Assembly (NCBI GenBank): GCA_002411005.1
Contig: DHQC01000003.1
Span: 4,086-68,085 of the forward strand
Direction of reading: 5' to 3'
Length of the DNA stretch: 64,000 nt
DNA from: Bacillales bacterium UBA5348
GTDB taxonomy: Bacteria > Bacillota_I > Bacilli_A > RF39 > UBA660
Shown: positions 17,336 to 28,356 of the stretch, one piece after another
Layout of the letters: the number at the start of each line of letters is the position of its first letter
How positions within the stretch are numbered: position 1 is the first letter of the stretch
The notes under the pieces: generated by a model
Told to the model about the DNA's origin: nothing
Seen by the model: only the letters and a program-made list of their open reading frames with translations
The model's database searches: none
Translations under genes and position numbers: made by a program

Positions 17336-19507
17336 TTATTTTTCCTCAAGATATATTTTTAAATATGGTGCATTACCGTTATTAGCTTCTTTTGAATAAT
17401 AACTCATTTTATTCCAATATCCTCCAGCATTAGATTGTCCTCTGTTATGATCAATTATAAGACCATAATTTTTACTAGGATTTTCATTCCAATAAGTAAT
17501 AATATCGGTTACATCTGCTGAACGCCATCCATATCCATAACCAGAAGGATTAAGGCTTACCATCCGACTTGTATAAGTATCAGTCATCATTGAATCTGGC
17601 AGTTTATCATTCTTTATCCAGGGTACAATAACACGCCTAACAGGATGTGTCTGCTGTCTTTCAGGAATATCTCCATTATAATAATATGCATATAATTCAG
17701 CTTTAGAAATATTATATATTGCTGTTGGTGGTACATCAAAAGTTAATAAACCTCGTGTATCGTAACCGGCAACATCATAAGATAAGACATAAAAAGATGT
17801 TGCTGTATCATTAGCCCCAATTGTGTTATTAACATTGACACTAGTATCATACAAAACTGGTACCATTACATATCTTTTATTAACTATTGATGTCTTATAA
17901 GTAACTTTTAAATGGGGTTTATAATCCGTTTCTGATTCCATCGTATAATATTTCATACGATTCCAATATCCTCCAGCTTCTGATGTACTTCTATTATGAT
18001 CAATTACAAGACCATAATTTTCAGTAGGATTATTTTTCCAATAAGTAACTATATCAGTTACATCTGCTGAACGCCAACCATATCCATAATTAGCTGTATT
18101 TAAACTCTTCATACGAGCTGTATATGTAGAAGTCATCTTATCATTCGTTAAGTAATCATTCTCTGTCCATGGAACAATAACACGTCTAATAGGATGCGTT
18201 TGTTGTCTAGAAGGAATATCTCCATTATAATAATACGCAAATAATTCAACTTTAGTGACATCAGCTAAATTAATATCAGTTACATCAAAAGTCATAATAG
18301 GTCGTTCATCATATTGAGAATCAGTACTAGTTAAAACAGAAAAATATTGAGCATCTTTTTGAGTACCTATTATTTGACTAATATGAACACTAGAATCAAA
18401 GGTTGGATATATTGTTTGATAATCAATTGTTTCAGTATTGATTGTATATTTATTTTCAAGGAGTTCAGAACCATTAAATTCAACCGTGAATTTTATTGGT
18501 GTATAAACTACTTCTCCTACTCCTTCAATGGTATTGGGAATAACGTTAGTTAAATTATCTACTGTTGCACCTACAGTTGCGTAACAAGTCTCAACATCAC
18601 ACATAACTGTAACATTATCTGGAGCCATATTTAATGTTCTAGTAGCATGGTCCCTAAAAACACTCGCCTGACTAAGATCAATCTCAACGGGCATTTCACC
18701 AGGCCATATTACTTCTCTCATATTTCTTTTATTAATATAACGTTTGAAATCATCAAGACTTTCAAAAACTGTCTGTGTTGTTACCCTAGTTACTTCAATA
18801 TCTTTGATGTCAAGAGGTAACACACCTAATTCAATTGTATATTCATAAGATAATGGCAAGGTTGCTGATGAAGATATATAACCAACTGTATAATAAGTTT
18901 TACGATAGACTGTTTTTTCATCGCCTTCACTACCAATTGTAGTACTACTAGACGAATCAGACGCTACAGGGATATTTATATTTCTATCACAAGTTGAAGA
19001 GTTAGAATCCGTTTCATTATTAGCCTCTAACAACTCAGCTAAACTTATATCATATTGAAGCGCTAATTCCTCCCATGTATCACATGTTTCAATAACGCTA
19101 GTTGCTTTACAATCACTAGGTATTGTTTTAGTAACAGTTATTTTATTTGTATTAGCTGATTTTGTTGCACAATATGTTCCATTATGAATTGCTAAAACAA
19201 CTTTATTTTTATCATTTAAAACAACAGTACCTGTTTTAGGACCATCACCAGTATAATCTAACCTTTTATCATCAGCATTATATTGGATACCATCCAAATA
19301 ATAAAACTCTTGATATCCTTGTCCTTCATTTTCATTAGCAATAAGTAATCTACCAGCATCCGCTATCGAATAGGCCGTTGCTCTAAAGGCCTCTTTTCTT
19401 GCTGTTTCAATTATATTGGTAATAATTGGCACCGATATAGTTAAAACAACTATCAAAATTATGATAGCTGCTAATAATTCTACTAAGGTAAATCCTTTGT
19501 TTTTCAT
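17336..19507 (-). CDS. Large type-IV-pilin/pseudopilin-like secreted protein (class III signal peptide) with tandem C-terminal repeat domains
   Basis: The N-terminus MKNKG|FTLVELLAAIIILIVVL is a prepilin-peptidase-type leader plus hydrophobic helix. 723 aa, with a LysM-like motif (DTWEELALQYDISLAELLEANN). Two ~180-aa C-terminal repeats share ...YYNGDIP(S/E)RQQTHP(I/V)RRVIVPW...GYGYGWRSADVTDI(V/I)TYW...DHNR...GGYWN. Confidence 0.7.
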   Translation of the reverse strand: MKNKGFTLVELLAAIIILIVVLTISVPIITNIIETARKEAFRATAYSIADAGRLLIANENEGQGYQEFYYLDGIQYNADDKRLDYTGDGPKTGTVVLNDKNKVVLAIHNGTYCATKSANTNKITVTKTIPSDCKATSVIETCDTWEELALQYDISLAELLEANNETDSNSSTCDRNINIPVASDSSSSTTIGSEGDEKTVYRKTYYTVGYISSSATLPLSYEYTIELGVLPLDIKDIEVTRVTTQTVFESLDDFKRYINKRNMREVIWPGEMPVEIDLSQASVFRDHATRTLNMAPDNVTVMCDVETCYATVGATVDNLTNVIPNTIEGVGEVVYTPIKFTVEFNGSELLENKYTINTETIDYQTIYPTFDSSVHISQIIGTQKDAQYFSVLTSTDSQYDERPIMTFDVTDINLADVTKVELFAYYYNGDIPSRQQTHPIRRVIVPWTENDYLTNDKMTSTYTARMKSLNTANYGYGWRSADVTDIVTYWKNNPTENYGLVIDHNRSTSEAGGYWNRMKYYTMESETDYKPHLKVTYKTSIVNKRYVMVPVLYDTSVNVNNTIGANDTATSFYVLSYDVAGYDTRGLLTFDVPPTAIYNISKAELYAYYYNGDIPERQQTHPVRRVIVPWIKNDKLPDSMMTDTYTSRMVSLNPSGYGYGWRSADVTDIITYWNENPSKNYGLIIDHNRGQSNAGGYWNKMSYYSKEANNGNAPYLKIYLEEK
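17340..18250. repeat. Intragenic tandem duplication (~540-bp unit, ~80% nt identity) inside the pilin-like gene
   Basis: Nucleotide blocks ~17400-17720 and ~17940-18260 align with ~80% identity. The encoded protein repeats are given above. Confidence 0.7.
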
Positions 19508-19594
19508 ATTCTCACCAACATTTCAATTAATATTAAGATAACTACGATAGACAATTAGTATTATTTATATATTGTACTTAAAGATATATATTTA

Positions 19595-19625
19595 AACAAA
19601 AAAGCAAACTAACCGTTTGCTTTTT
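19595..19625. terminator. Bidirectional rho-independent terminator downstream of polC
   Basis: The gcaaac-taac-cgtttgc hairpin is flanked by an A-run and a T-run. Confidence 0.6.
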
Positions 19626-19630
19626 GTAAA

Positions 19631-22600
19631 TTAGAATAATGTTAATTGATTTGTTTCTGGCATATCTTTTAAAATACCCATCATACGCATTTTATCAATC
19701 AGCGTATTAGATACTTTAGCTCGTTTTGAAAGATCTTCGATACTAATAAAAGGTCCTTTTTCTCGTTCTTCAATAATTTTTTTAGCAACAATATCCCCTA
19801 AACCATCAATCGCTCTAAAAGGAGGAATTAAAGTTTTATTATCTTTGTCAACAACAAAATTTCTAGCATCTGATTTGTATAAATCAAAATCCCCTATTCT
19901 AAAGCCTCTAGCTGTTAGTTCTAATGCTGTATATAAAACATCAAGGATTGCTTCCTCTTTATTAGTTTTATTAAACCCTTTTTCTCTTATTTCAAAAATA
20001 CGTTCTTTGATTGTTTCATAACCCTTGATCATTGTTTCAATATCAAAATCATGACAACGAATACTTAAGTAGGCTGCATAATAATAAATTGGCATATGAA
20101 CCTTAAACCATGCTACTCTCCATGCCATTATAACATAGGCAACAGCATGAGCTTTGGGGAACATATATTTTATTTTAAAGCAAGAATCAATATACCACTC
20201 AGCTATATTCTTTTCTCGTAATTTTGGCATCCAAACCTTTTCCCAAGTTTCCTTCTCTTTACTTGGTTTACCTTTTCTAACAAATTCCATAATTTTGAAA
20301 GCATCTTTTGGTGCTAAACCGTGATATGAAAGATAAACCATGATATCATCACGACAACCAATAACTTCGCTAAATTTACATGTTCCAGATTTGATTAATT
20401 CCTGAGCATTTCCTCTCCAGACATCAGTTCCATGGGATAATCCTGAAATTTTTACTAAACCTGCAAAAGTGGTAGGTCTTGTCTCAACAAGCATATCCAT
20501 TACAAACTTTGTCCCAAATTCAGGCACTCCATAAGTACCTACTTCAGATAGGATTTGTTCACTTGTTACACCTAGAATATCAGTTGATGAAAAAATACTC
20601 ATAACATCTTTATCATCTAACGGGATACTTAAAACATCTACCCCCGTTAAATCTTGTAACATTCTTAACATTGTTGGATCATCATGACCAAGTATATCTA
20701 ATTTTAATAAATCTAGTTCCATTGGATGATAATCAAAGTGAGTAGTATACCATTTTGAATTAACATCATCAGCTGGATATTGATATGGGGTAAAATCTAG
20801 AACATCCATATAATTTGGTATAACAACAATTCCGCCTGGATGTTGTCCCGTTGTTCTCTTAACACCAGTACAACCTAAAGCTAAACGTTCTTGTTCTGCA
20901 AAACGCATTGTTTTACCATGTTTCTCCATATATCCTTTTACATAACCAAGAGCTGTCTTTTCTGCTACTGTTCCAATAGTACCAGCTCTAAAAACATACT
21001 CATCACCAAATAATACTTTGGTATAATCATGAGCTTTAGCTTGATATTCACCAGAAAAGTTAAGATCTATATCCGGAACCTTATCAGCATCAAAACCTAA
21101 GAAAGTTGCAAAAGGCATATCTTGTCCTTCTTTACGCATCATTGCTCCACAAGTACATTTTTTATCTGGCAAATCATAACCACTGTCATATAAAGAACCA
21201 TAGGATTTACCTTCTTCATTTTCAAAAAGACTCGTTTTACATTCAGGACACAAATAATGAGGTGGTAATGAATTTACTTCAGTAATCCCCATCATATTAG
21301 CAACAAAAGAAGAGCCAACTGAACCTCGACTACCAACTAAATAACCATCATCATTTGATTTCTTAACAAGTTTTTGAGCTATCAAATAGATAACATCAAA
21401 GCCACCACCAATAATACCATTTAGTTCAGCTTCAATTCTGTCTTTAACAAGATCTGGTAAAGGATCTCCATATAATGAATGAGCTTTGCCATAAGTTAAA
21501 TCTCGAACTATTTTATCAGAGTTCTCCATCTTAGGAGATAAAGGTTTTGGACTATCACGGATAACTACAATAGGTTCAATCATATCTGCTATTACATTTG
21601 TATTAGTAACAACTATTTCACGAGCTTTGTCTTCACCTAAAAAAGCAAATTCATCTAACATTTCCCTCGTTGTCATTAAATGTTGACTAGGAATGTTAGT
21701 TATATCATTCCTGTTTAAGGGATGTCTACCTCCACCAGGAACATTTTGATTAACAATAATTTCACGATAGATTTTATCCTCAGGATCTAATTGATGAACA
21801 TCACCAGTTGCAACTATTATTTTTTTATTATCTTCCGCAAGTTTAATAATTTTAAGAACATGTTTTTTTAATTCATCACGGTTATCAAAATCATGAAGTT
21901 GAAGCAAATGATCATATACACTTAAGGGTTGTATTTCTATATAATCATAGAATGACATAAGCGTATTCATTTCTTCATCACTCTTGCTTTTAGCTAAAGT
22001 AAATATTTCCCCATTTGCACAGCCACTCCCAATTAATAATCCTTCTCGATTATTAATTATCTCACTACGTAAAATTCTAGGAGTTTTATACATATATTTT
22101 GTATTTGACAATGATACAATTCTAAACAAATTCTTTAAACCAGCTTGATTTTTAGCTAGTAAATTTATGTGATAAGGGCGACCAAATTTATGAATATCCT
22201 CTTTCGAAACAAGTTTCTTAATATCACTTATCTTTTCGATATTGCGGTCTATCATCTTGATAATCATTTTATTTAGAACAAGTCCTGTTGCCTTAGCGTC
22301 ATAATCAGCACGGTGATGTCCATTTTCATCAAAAGGTATTTCATAACGTTTAACAAGTGCTGATAAACTATGACGAGCTGAATTAGGTTCAAGAGCCCTA
22401 CTAAGTTCTAAAGTATCAAGAACAGGATTAGAAAAAGTTCCTAAATTATATTTATTATAAGCGCTCTCTAAAAATGAAACATCAAACTTAGCATTATGGG
22501 CCACCATAGGCAAATCACCATACCACTCAATAAATTGTTTGATAACTGTCTCTTCATCTTCTTGTCCTTTTAACATATCGTTAGTAATGTTAGTTACTTT

Positions 22601-23911
22601 AGTAATTGTAGCGGATATAGGGCGACTCGGATTAATTAAAGCTTGGAAAGTATCAAGCACCTCCCCATTGCACATTTTAACAGCTCCAACTTCAATAATA
22701 GAGTCCCCACTTGTAGCATTAAAACCCGTTGTTTCAAAGTCGAAAATAACAAAAGTAGCTTTATCCAAAGCTTCATCATTTTCTCTTATAACAATATCAA
22801 TATTATCGTCAATCATATTAACTTCAAGACCATAGATGATATTAATTCCTTTTACTTTGTGATATGCATCAGTAAAAGCCTGACAACCATTATGATCTGT
22901 TATCGCTATAGCTTTGTGACCCCATTTAGCAGCTCGGGCAGCTAAATCAACCACATTAACAACTGAATCCATCTGACTCATATGAGTATGAGCATGTAAC
23001 TCAACACGTTTTTCCTCTTCTTCGTCCATACGAAGAACTGTTTTTGAAGGAATTTCGACCATATCTCTAATATTTAAGACCAATTCATGCATATAAGTAT
23101 CGTTCTTTACACCACCTCTTATTTTATACCATTTGCCAGTCTTAACCTTAGAACCAATAGTTGCAAAAATTTCTTCATCCCGTGTAAATATTTTAGCATT
23201 GATACTATCTGTATTATCGCTTAATTTAAACATAGCTATTTTAAAATCTTTATTAGGAATTTCTTTCAACTCAACGTTAAAAACATACGCCTCAATAACA
23301 ATAGATGGTTCTTCTTCAATAATATCTCTAACACTTATGACTCGTTTTGATTTTATTTCGTTACCATAAATAATCGGATTTTCTACTTTAGTAGGCTCTA
23401 CTTTAATAAAAGTTTCTTTTTTTATAGCTTCTTTAATAATATGACGTTCTTCATCATCAATAACAATTGTAATTTCTAAAGCAAAACCATATCTTTTAAA
23501 ATACATATCAATATTTTTCTTGGCTTTATCAAGTTTATTAAATTCAAACTTATTTAAAACACTAATATTTAAAACATTATCTTCTACTTTTATTTTCTGA
23601 CTAGCAAACATCTTACTTAAATCTAATTTTTCTATAATATGTTTAAAATAATCTTCAACCATACTATTATCATTAGATTCGTATTCAAATGTTGCATAAA
23701 TATCTTTTAAGGTATTAAAAGAGGTCTTTAATGCTGTTTCAAATTCATTAATGACATTTGTTGGAAGAACATTATTTAAATGAATGACAAAATTCCAAAC
23801 ATTATTTTTTTCATCAATAAATAGTTTTACTAATTTTCCACCGTTAAATAACGAATAATGTTCTTTATTAAAATTAATTTTATCTAATAATAATTGTAAT
23901 TTTTCACTCAT
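19631..23911 (-). CDS. polC: DNA polymerase III PolC-type (alpha subunit with intrinsic 3'-5' exonuclease)
   Basis: 1426 aa with the Gram-positive PolC architecture. It contains a PHP domain (ELHAHTHMS), an exonuclease (FVIFDFETTGF...H...D) and polymerase-core motifs, and is separate from dnaE in this window. Confidence 0.95.
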   Translation of the reverse strand: MSEKLQLLLDKINFNKEHYSLFNGGKLVKLFIDEKNNVWNFVIHLNNVLPTNVINEFETALKTSFNTLKDIYATFEYESNDNSMVEDYFKHIIEKLDLSKMFASQKIKVEDNVLNISVLNKFEFNKLDKAKKNIDMYFKRYGFALEITIVIDDEERHIIKEAIKKETFIKVEPTKVENPIIYGNEIKSKRVISVRDIIEEEPSIVIEAYVFNVELKEIPNKDFKIAMFKLSDNTDSINAKIFTRDEEIFATIGSKVKTGKWYKIRGGVKNDTYMHELVLNIRDMVEIPSKTVLRMDEEEEKRVELHAHTHMSQMDSVVNVVDLAARAAKWGHKAIAITDHNGCQAFTDAYHKVKGINIIYGLEVNMIDDNIDIVIRENDEALDKATFVIFDFETTGFNATSGDSIIEVGAVKMCNGEVLDTFQALINPSRPISATITKVTNITNDMLKGQEDEETVIKQFIEWYGDLPMVAHNAKFDVSFLESAYNKYNLGTFSNPVLDTLELSRALEPNSARHSLSALVKRYEIPFDENGHHRADYDAKATGLVLNKMIIKMIDRNIEKISDIKKLVSKEDIHKFGRPYHINLLAKNQAGLKNLFRIVSLSNTKYMYKTPRILRSEIINNREGLLIGSGCANGEIFTLAKSKSDEEMNTLMSFYDYIEIQPLSVYDHLLQLHDFDNRDELKKHVLKIIKLAEDNKKIIVATGDVHQLDPEDKIYREIIVNQNVPGGGRHPLNRNDITNIPSQHLMTTREMLDEFAFLGEDKAREIVVTNTNVIADMIEPIVVIRDSPKPLSPKMENSDKIVRDLTYGKAHSLYGDPLPDLVKDRIEAELNGIIGGGFDVIYLIAQKLVKKSNDDGYLVGSRGSVGSSFVANMMGITEVNSLPPHYLCPECKTSLFENEEGKSYGSLYDSGYDLPDKKCTCGAMMRKEGQDMPFATFLGFDADKVPDIDLNFSGEYQAKAHDYTKVLFGDEYVFRAGTIGTVAEKTALGYVKGYMEKHGKTMRFAEQERLALGCTGVKRTTGQHPGGIVVIPNYMDVLDFTPYQYPADDVNSKWYTTHFDYHPMELDLLKLDILGHDDPTMLRMLQDLTGVDVLSIPLDDKDVMSIFSSTDILGVTSEQILSEVGTYGVPEFGTKFVMDMLVETRPTTFAGLVKISGLSHGTDVWRGNAQELIKSGTCKFSEVIGCRDDIMVYLSYHGLAPKDAFKIMEFVRKGKPSKEKETWEKVWMPKLREKNIAEWYIDSCFKIKYMFPKAHAVAYVIMAWRVAWFKVHMPIYYYAAYLSIRCHDFDIETMIKGYETIKERIFEIREKGFNKTNKEEAILDVLYTALELTARGFRIGDFDLYKSDARNFVVDKDNKTLIPPFRAIDGLGDIVAKKIIEEREKGPFISIEDLSKRAKVSNTLIDKMRMMGILKDMPETNQLTLF

Positions 23912-24003
23912 TTTGTTTACCTCTATTCTTCACAACTCAACAATAATTGTCATATTTAATCATTATAAATATTATAACATTATTTCATTATCTTTTCATC
24001 CAA

Positions 24004-24031
24004 AAGTATAAAAAGGAATTAAATAATATTA
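24004..24031 (-). terminator. Rho-independent terminator after pyk
   Basis: The aggaattaaat...atttaattcct hairpin is followed, on the minus sense, by a U-run. Confidence 0.55.
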
Positions 24032-24052
24032 TTTAATTCCTTGTCATATAAA

Positions 24053-25498
24053 TTATTTTATTTCTTCTATTTTCATAAAATTAGTACTATTAGCTTTAAT
24101 TGGAATACTACCCGTTATAATGATTTTATCATTTTCAAGAGGAATTATTTTTTTAGCTTCATTTATACTGTTATCAAGCATTTCATCAGTGCTCTCAAAA
24201 GTCGGTGTAACAACAGGATAAGTTCCATAATTAAGTGATAAACTGCGAGCTGTTTTTTCCTCTGGAGTTGTAACAATTATAGGACACCTTGGTCTAAAAC
24301 TACTTATCATTCTAGCTGTATATCCAGATACTGACGAAGCAACTATTGCTTTAGCTTTAAGTTTGTTTGCACTACTAGTTACATTGCTTGCAATAATTGT
24401 TGTTATGTCATCTTGAGCTTCATCTTTTTTATCAAGCATAAATTTATCATAATCAAGATTATCTTCCATATTGGTAATAATCCTCTTCATAGTTTCTAAT
24501 GTTTCTAGTGGGTATTTTCCAACAGCTGTTTCCCCACTCAACATAACAGCATCAACACCATCAATGACAGCATTAGCGATGTCTGAAACTTCTGCTCTGG
24601 TTGGTTTAGAATAATATTCCATTGACGCTAACATTTGCGTAGCGACAATACAAATCTTATTAGAAAGTAATGATTCATGGACAATCTTCTTTTGAAGATA
24701 TGGTACTTCTTCAAAAGATGTTTCAACACCTAAGTCTCCACGAGCAACCATAATACCTTCACTTACCTTAATAATATTATTGAGATCTTCTATAGCACTC
24801 TTGTTTTCAATTTTTGAAATAATTTGCATATGTTCATTACGTAATTGAATAAGCATATCATTTACATCAAGCACATCATTCGCATTTCTAACAAAAGATA
24901 AAGCTATATAATCAGCATCTATTGATGACGCAAAAGTTATATCACTTTTATCAGCGATAGATAAGAAATCAATATTTAAATTAACATCTGGAACATTAAG
25001 ACCTATATCATTTTTTATACAACCACCTGTTACTACTTCACATATAACATCATCTATAGTTTCATCAACAACAACTAATTCAATAGTACCCTCTTCAAGT
25101 AATATCTTATCACCCTTTTTAACATCCTGAATAAGTCCTGGATAATTAACTAAAAACTTTTCATTGTTTTTAGAAGAATCTTTAACGGTTAAAACAACAG
25201 TGTCTCCTTCACATAGCATTGTATCCTCATCACTATATGCTTTAAGAGTTAACTCTGGACCTTTAGTATCAATTAAGATACCAACATTCATCTTTAATTC
25301 TCTGTTTAATTCTCTGATTGTATAAATAATATTACGAGCTTCATCTCGCGTAGCATGAGACATATTTATTCTAGCTACATCCATACCGTTTTCCATCATA
25401 ATACGTAACATTTCCCTACTATAGGTTGATGGTCCAATTGTACAAATAATTTTGGTCTTTTTCATTCTATTCCTCCTATCATTTACATTTCTTACCAA
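24053..25498 (-). CDS. pyk: Pyruvate kinase
   Basis: 481 aa. MKKTKIICTIGPST N-terminus; conserved PK barrel and active-site motifs (NMSHAT, MVARGDLGVE). Confidence 0.9.
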   Translation of the reverse strand: MVRNVNDRRNRMKKTKIICTIGPSTYSREMLRIMMENGMDVARINMSHATRDEARNIIYTIRELNRELKMNVGILIDTKGPELTLKAYSDEDTMLCEGDTVVLTVKDSSKNNEKFLVNYPGLIQDVKKGDKILLEEGTIELVVVDETIDDVICEVVTGGCIKNDIGLNVPDVNLNIDFLSIADKSDITFASSIDADYIALSFVRNANDVLDVNDMLIQLRNEHMQIISKIENKSAIEDLNNIIKVSEGIMVARGDLGVETSFEEVPYLQKKIVHESLLSNKICIVATQMLASMEYYSKPTRAEVSDIANAVIDGVDAVMLSGETAVGKYPLETLETMKRIITNMEDNLDYDKFMLDKKDEAQDDITTIIASNVTSSANKLKAKAIVASSVSGYTARMISSFRPRCPIIVTTPEEKTARSLSLNYGTYPVVTPTFESTDEMLDNSINEAKKIIPLENDKIIITGSIPIKANSTNFMKIEEIK

Positions 25499-27134
25499 AT
25501 ATTGCTAAAACTTTATTTATAAAAGTAGCGCCAAAGATGTCTTTTATTAAACCAATTTTGTAAGTTGTTACAAAATATGTTATAGCTCCTACACCACCAT
25601 ATAAGATAATGGCTAATAGTGCTTGTGATCTATGAACAACATCAAATGGTATAACTACTTTTAATAGTATAACAACAGCTATCATAACTAAGCAAGATGC
25701 TGTAATTTTTAGCGTTCTAGTTAGAGTCTCTTTATAGACAACCTCTAATTTACGTTTTAAGAATTTAAGATTCATAATAATTGATGATGAGAAACCTAAT
25801 AACGTTGCTGCGATAGCTCCATAAGCTGGATGTAATCCAAAGTATGCAAATAAATACATAAAGGGAACATTTAATAATACTTTAAGTATAAAACCTACTG
25901 ATATGTTAACAAACATAATTTTTTGAAAACTTAAGGCTTGAATAATAGCATTAAGTGTTGCTAGAACACTAGAGAACAGGGCCATAAAAATATATACCAT
26001 AAAGATACTACTACAAAGCTCATCATATTGATAGAACATTGTCCATACTGGTTTAGCTAAAAGACTAAGTCCAATAGTCATTGGAACCGCTATAAACAAT
26101 AGTATTTGCAATGATTTATTTATTTTACTTCTTACATCATCATATTTCTTTGTAACAAAATTATTGGTTATTGTTGGAACCAAACTTGTTAATAATCCTG
26201 CTGCAACAGAGGCTACTATCATATTTAATTTAGAACCCCAAGTTGAGAAGATACTGACTACAGTTTCAGCTTCCTCAACGGTATATGCTAATCCATTAAC
26301 CATTGTTTTTAGAATAGTAGATAAATCAATTAAATCATAAGATGATAAAGCTATACTACTAAAAACAAAGGCTGATGAATAACCTAATATTCTAATAGCA
26401 ATATCTTTGTTCTTAACATTTGATTTTGTTTCTGATTTGCTAATAGTTGGAGTAATTTGTTCTCGATATTTTTTCATATTGTACTTGATATATAAATATG
26501 CTACGACACCACCTATCGCTGCACCAAAAGTAGCGACACCTACACCAACGGTAATAGATAAACTTAAAACCCTAACTGCGATATAACTTCCTACAATAAT
26601 AAAAAGTACTCTAACTAATTGTTCTAGGACCTGGCTTATTGTTGATACCGTTATAAAACTATGTCCTTGTAAATAACCTTTGGTTACACTTAATCTAGGA
26701 ACAATAAGAATCGCAATTGCAATAATTCTAATAACAAAGGTTACATCCTCAATTGTATTTCCACCCTTTATATCACCTATAAAGAAATATGCTATATTAG
26801 GAGCAAAAACAATTAAAATAATAAAACTTGAAGCACTTAAAATAGTAATAATTTTTTTCGCTATCTTAAAGGCTCTTATTTTTAAATCCTGTTGGTCAAG
26901 CGAGTCATATTCACTCGTTAAACGACTTATAGCAAGCGGTATACCAACCGAAGAAAGACTTAAGAAAATATTATATATTATATAAGCATAACCATATAAA
27001 GCCCCTCCTTGGGCGCCAATAATGGCGTAAAAAGGGATAACATATACAATGCCTAGTATTTTACTAATAACAACACCTACAGTCGCTATCATAGCACCTT
27101 GTACAAAAGTATTTTTTTTCATCGATACACCCAC
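25479..27134 (-). CDS. MurJ/Wzx-family polysaccharide/lipid-II flippase (MOP superfamily)
   Basis: ~550 aa, ~14 TM helices, with a MATE/MOP-like repeat. It overlaps pyk by 20 nt. The start may be the internal MKKNTFVQG (27122). Confidence 0.65.
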   Translation of the reverse strand: MGVSMKKNTFVQGAMIATVGVVISKILGIVYVIPFYAIIGAQGGALYGYAYIIYNIFLSLSSVGIPLAISRLTSEYDSLDQQDLKIRAFKIAKKIITILSASSFIILIVFAPNIAYFFIGDIKGGNTIEDVTFVIRIIAIAILIVPRLSVTKGYLQGHSFITVSTISQVLEQLVRVLFIIVGSYIAVRVLSLSITVGVGVATFGAAIGGVVAYLYIKYNMKKYREQITPTISKSETKSNVKNKDIAIRILGYSSAFVFSSIALSSYDLIDLSTILKTMVNGLAYTVEEAETVVSIFSTWGSKLNMIVASVAAGLLTSLVPTITNNFVTKKYDDVRSKINKSLQILLFIAVPMTIGLSLLAKPVWTMFYQYDELCSSIFMVYIFMALFSSVLATLNAIIQALSFQKIMFVNISVGFILKVLLNVPFMYLFAYFGLHPAYGAIAATLLGFSSSIIMNLKFLKRKLEVVYKETLTRTLKITASCLVMIAVVILLKVVIPFDVVHRSQALLAIILYGGVGAITYFVTTYKIGLIKDIFGATFINKVLAIFGKKCK

Positions 27135-27140
27135 CTAATA

Positions 27141-28349
27141 TTATTTATATGCTGTCGTACGGTTTACCCAAGTATTACGTGTCCCATCTGGGAAATTTAT
27201 AAGTAAACGTGGATTAACGGTCTTTGATGTAAAAGTATAATATGAAGAATAATCTGTATACCAATAACCGTAAGCTATTGAAAAGTGTAAATGGGGACCT
27301 GTTGAATTACCTGTCGAACCCATAATTCCTATAACAGTGTTTTTACTAACGACATCGCCAGCTTTCACACTAATAGAAGCTAAATGGCAATAATAAGTTG
27401 TATACTTTGTTGATTTACCATTAGCTTGTATATTATGGTGAATAATTACTTGATTACCACCACCAGTTGAACTACGTAACACCTTTACAACTTTACCATT
27501 AGCAGATGCAAAGACTTGTGAAGCATATTTGTTAGTACTTGAAAGATCAAGCGCATAGTGGAAAGCATATGAACCCTTACCATAAAGATCACGATAGCCA
27601 TATTCACTAGTTACATAACCATTAGCTAGAGGTCTCCAGAATTTTGTATCAGGAGGCAAAATTTTATTAGCACAAGTACTTATATCATCACTGCTCTTAC
27701 ACCCAGCTTTTATATATATGTCTAACACTTCTTTAGCTATTTTAATTTCTTCACTTATACTTTGAGAGTAGTCTTCTAAGTCTTCTCTTTTAGAACCTAA
27801 CGAATTTAATTGATTAGCTAAAGTAACTTGCATTTGTTTAAGTTGAGCCTCTTTATTGTTTAGTTCAACTTTCTTAGCTTCAGTATTTACAATCATTTGA
27901 TTCATATCCGCAATCAATGTTTTATTATAATCAACTAATTGCTCAGTAATTGAAATCCTATAAATAAAATCAGTCATCGTTTTAGAACCAGCTATATATT
28001 CTAAATATTCATTATTCCCCTCAGATATTTGAAGAACACTAACTAATTCTTTTGTTTCAGCATCTTTATCTTTGATTTGTTGATTAAGACTTTCAATCTC
28101 TTTCGTAGCAGCAATCATTTCATTTTGAATACGATCTATATCTTTATATGATTGATTAATATTACTTCTAGTATTAGCAATTTGTTGCTCTGTTTGTTTA
28201 ATATTAGTTTCCGTCTCATTAGCTTCTACTTCTTTTTGATTTAATTCGTTCTCAAGATCACCAACTGTTTTAGCATATACATTTGGCACATAAAAACAAT
28301 TACACAACAGTGCACAAATAAGAAGAATTCTAAAACCTCTTTTTAGCAT
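27141..28349 (-). CDS. Secreted M23 (LytM/lysostaphin-type) metallopeptidase with N-terminal coiled-coil
   Basis: Signal peptide, a ~200-aa Q/E/K-rich coiled coil, then the M23 motifs HYALD and GSTGNSTGPHLHF. Confidence 0.8.
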   Translation of the reverse strand: MLKRGFRILLICALLCNCFYVPNVYAKTVGDLENELNQKEVEANETETNIKQTEQQIANTRSNINQSYKDIDRIQNEMIAATKEIESLNQQIKDKDAETKELVSVLQISEGNNEYLEYIAGSKTMTDFIYRISITEQLVDYNKTLIADMNQMIVNTEAKKVELNNKEAQLKQMQVTLANQLNSLGSKREDLEDYSQSISEEIKIAKEVLDIYIKAGCKSSDDISTCANKILPPDTKFWRPLANGYVTSEYGYRDLYGKGSYAFHYALDLSSTNKYASQVFASANGKVVKVLRSSTGGGNQVIIHHNIQANGKSTKYTTYYCHLASISVKAGDVVSKNTVIGIMGSTGNSTGPHLHFSIAYGYWYTDYSSYYTFTSKTVNPRLLINFPDGTRNTWVNRTTAYK

Positions 28350-28356
28350 ATATACT

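Noticed and set aside
25479-25498. 20-nt overlap between pyk and the MurJ-like gene as evidence of a frameshift or fusion
   Set aside because: An internal ATG (MKKNTFVQG, 27122) gives a conventional start for the flippase. The pyk C-terminus is canonical, and the overlap is compatible with ordinary gene overlap.
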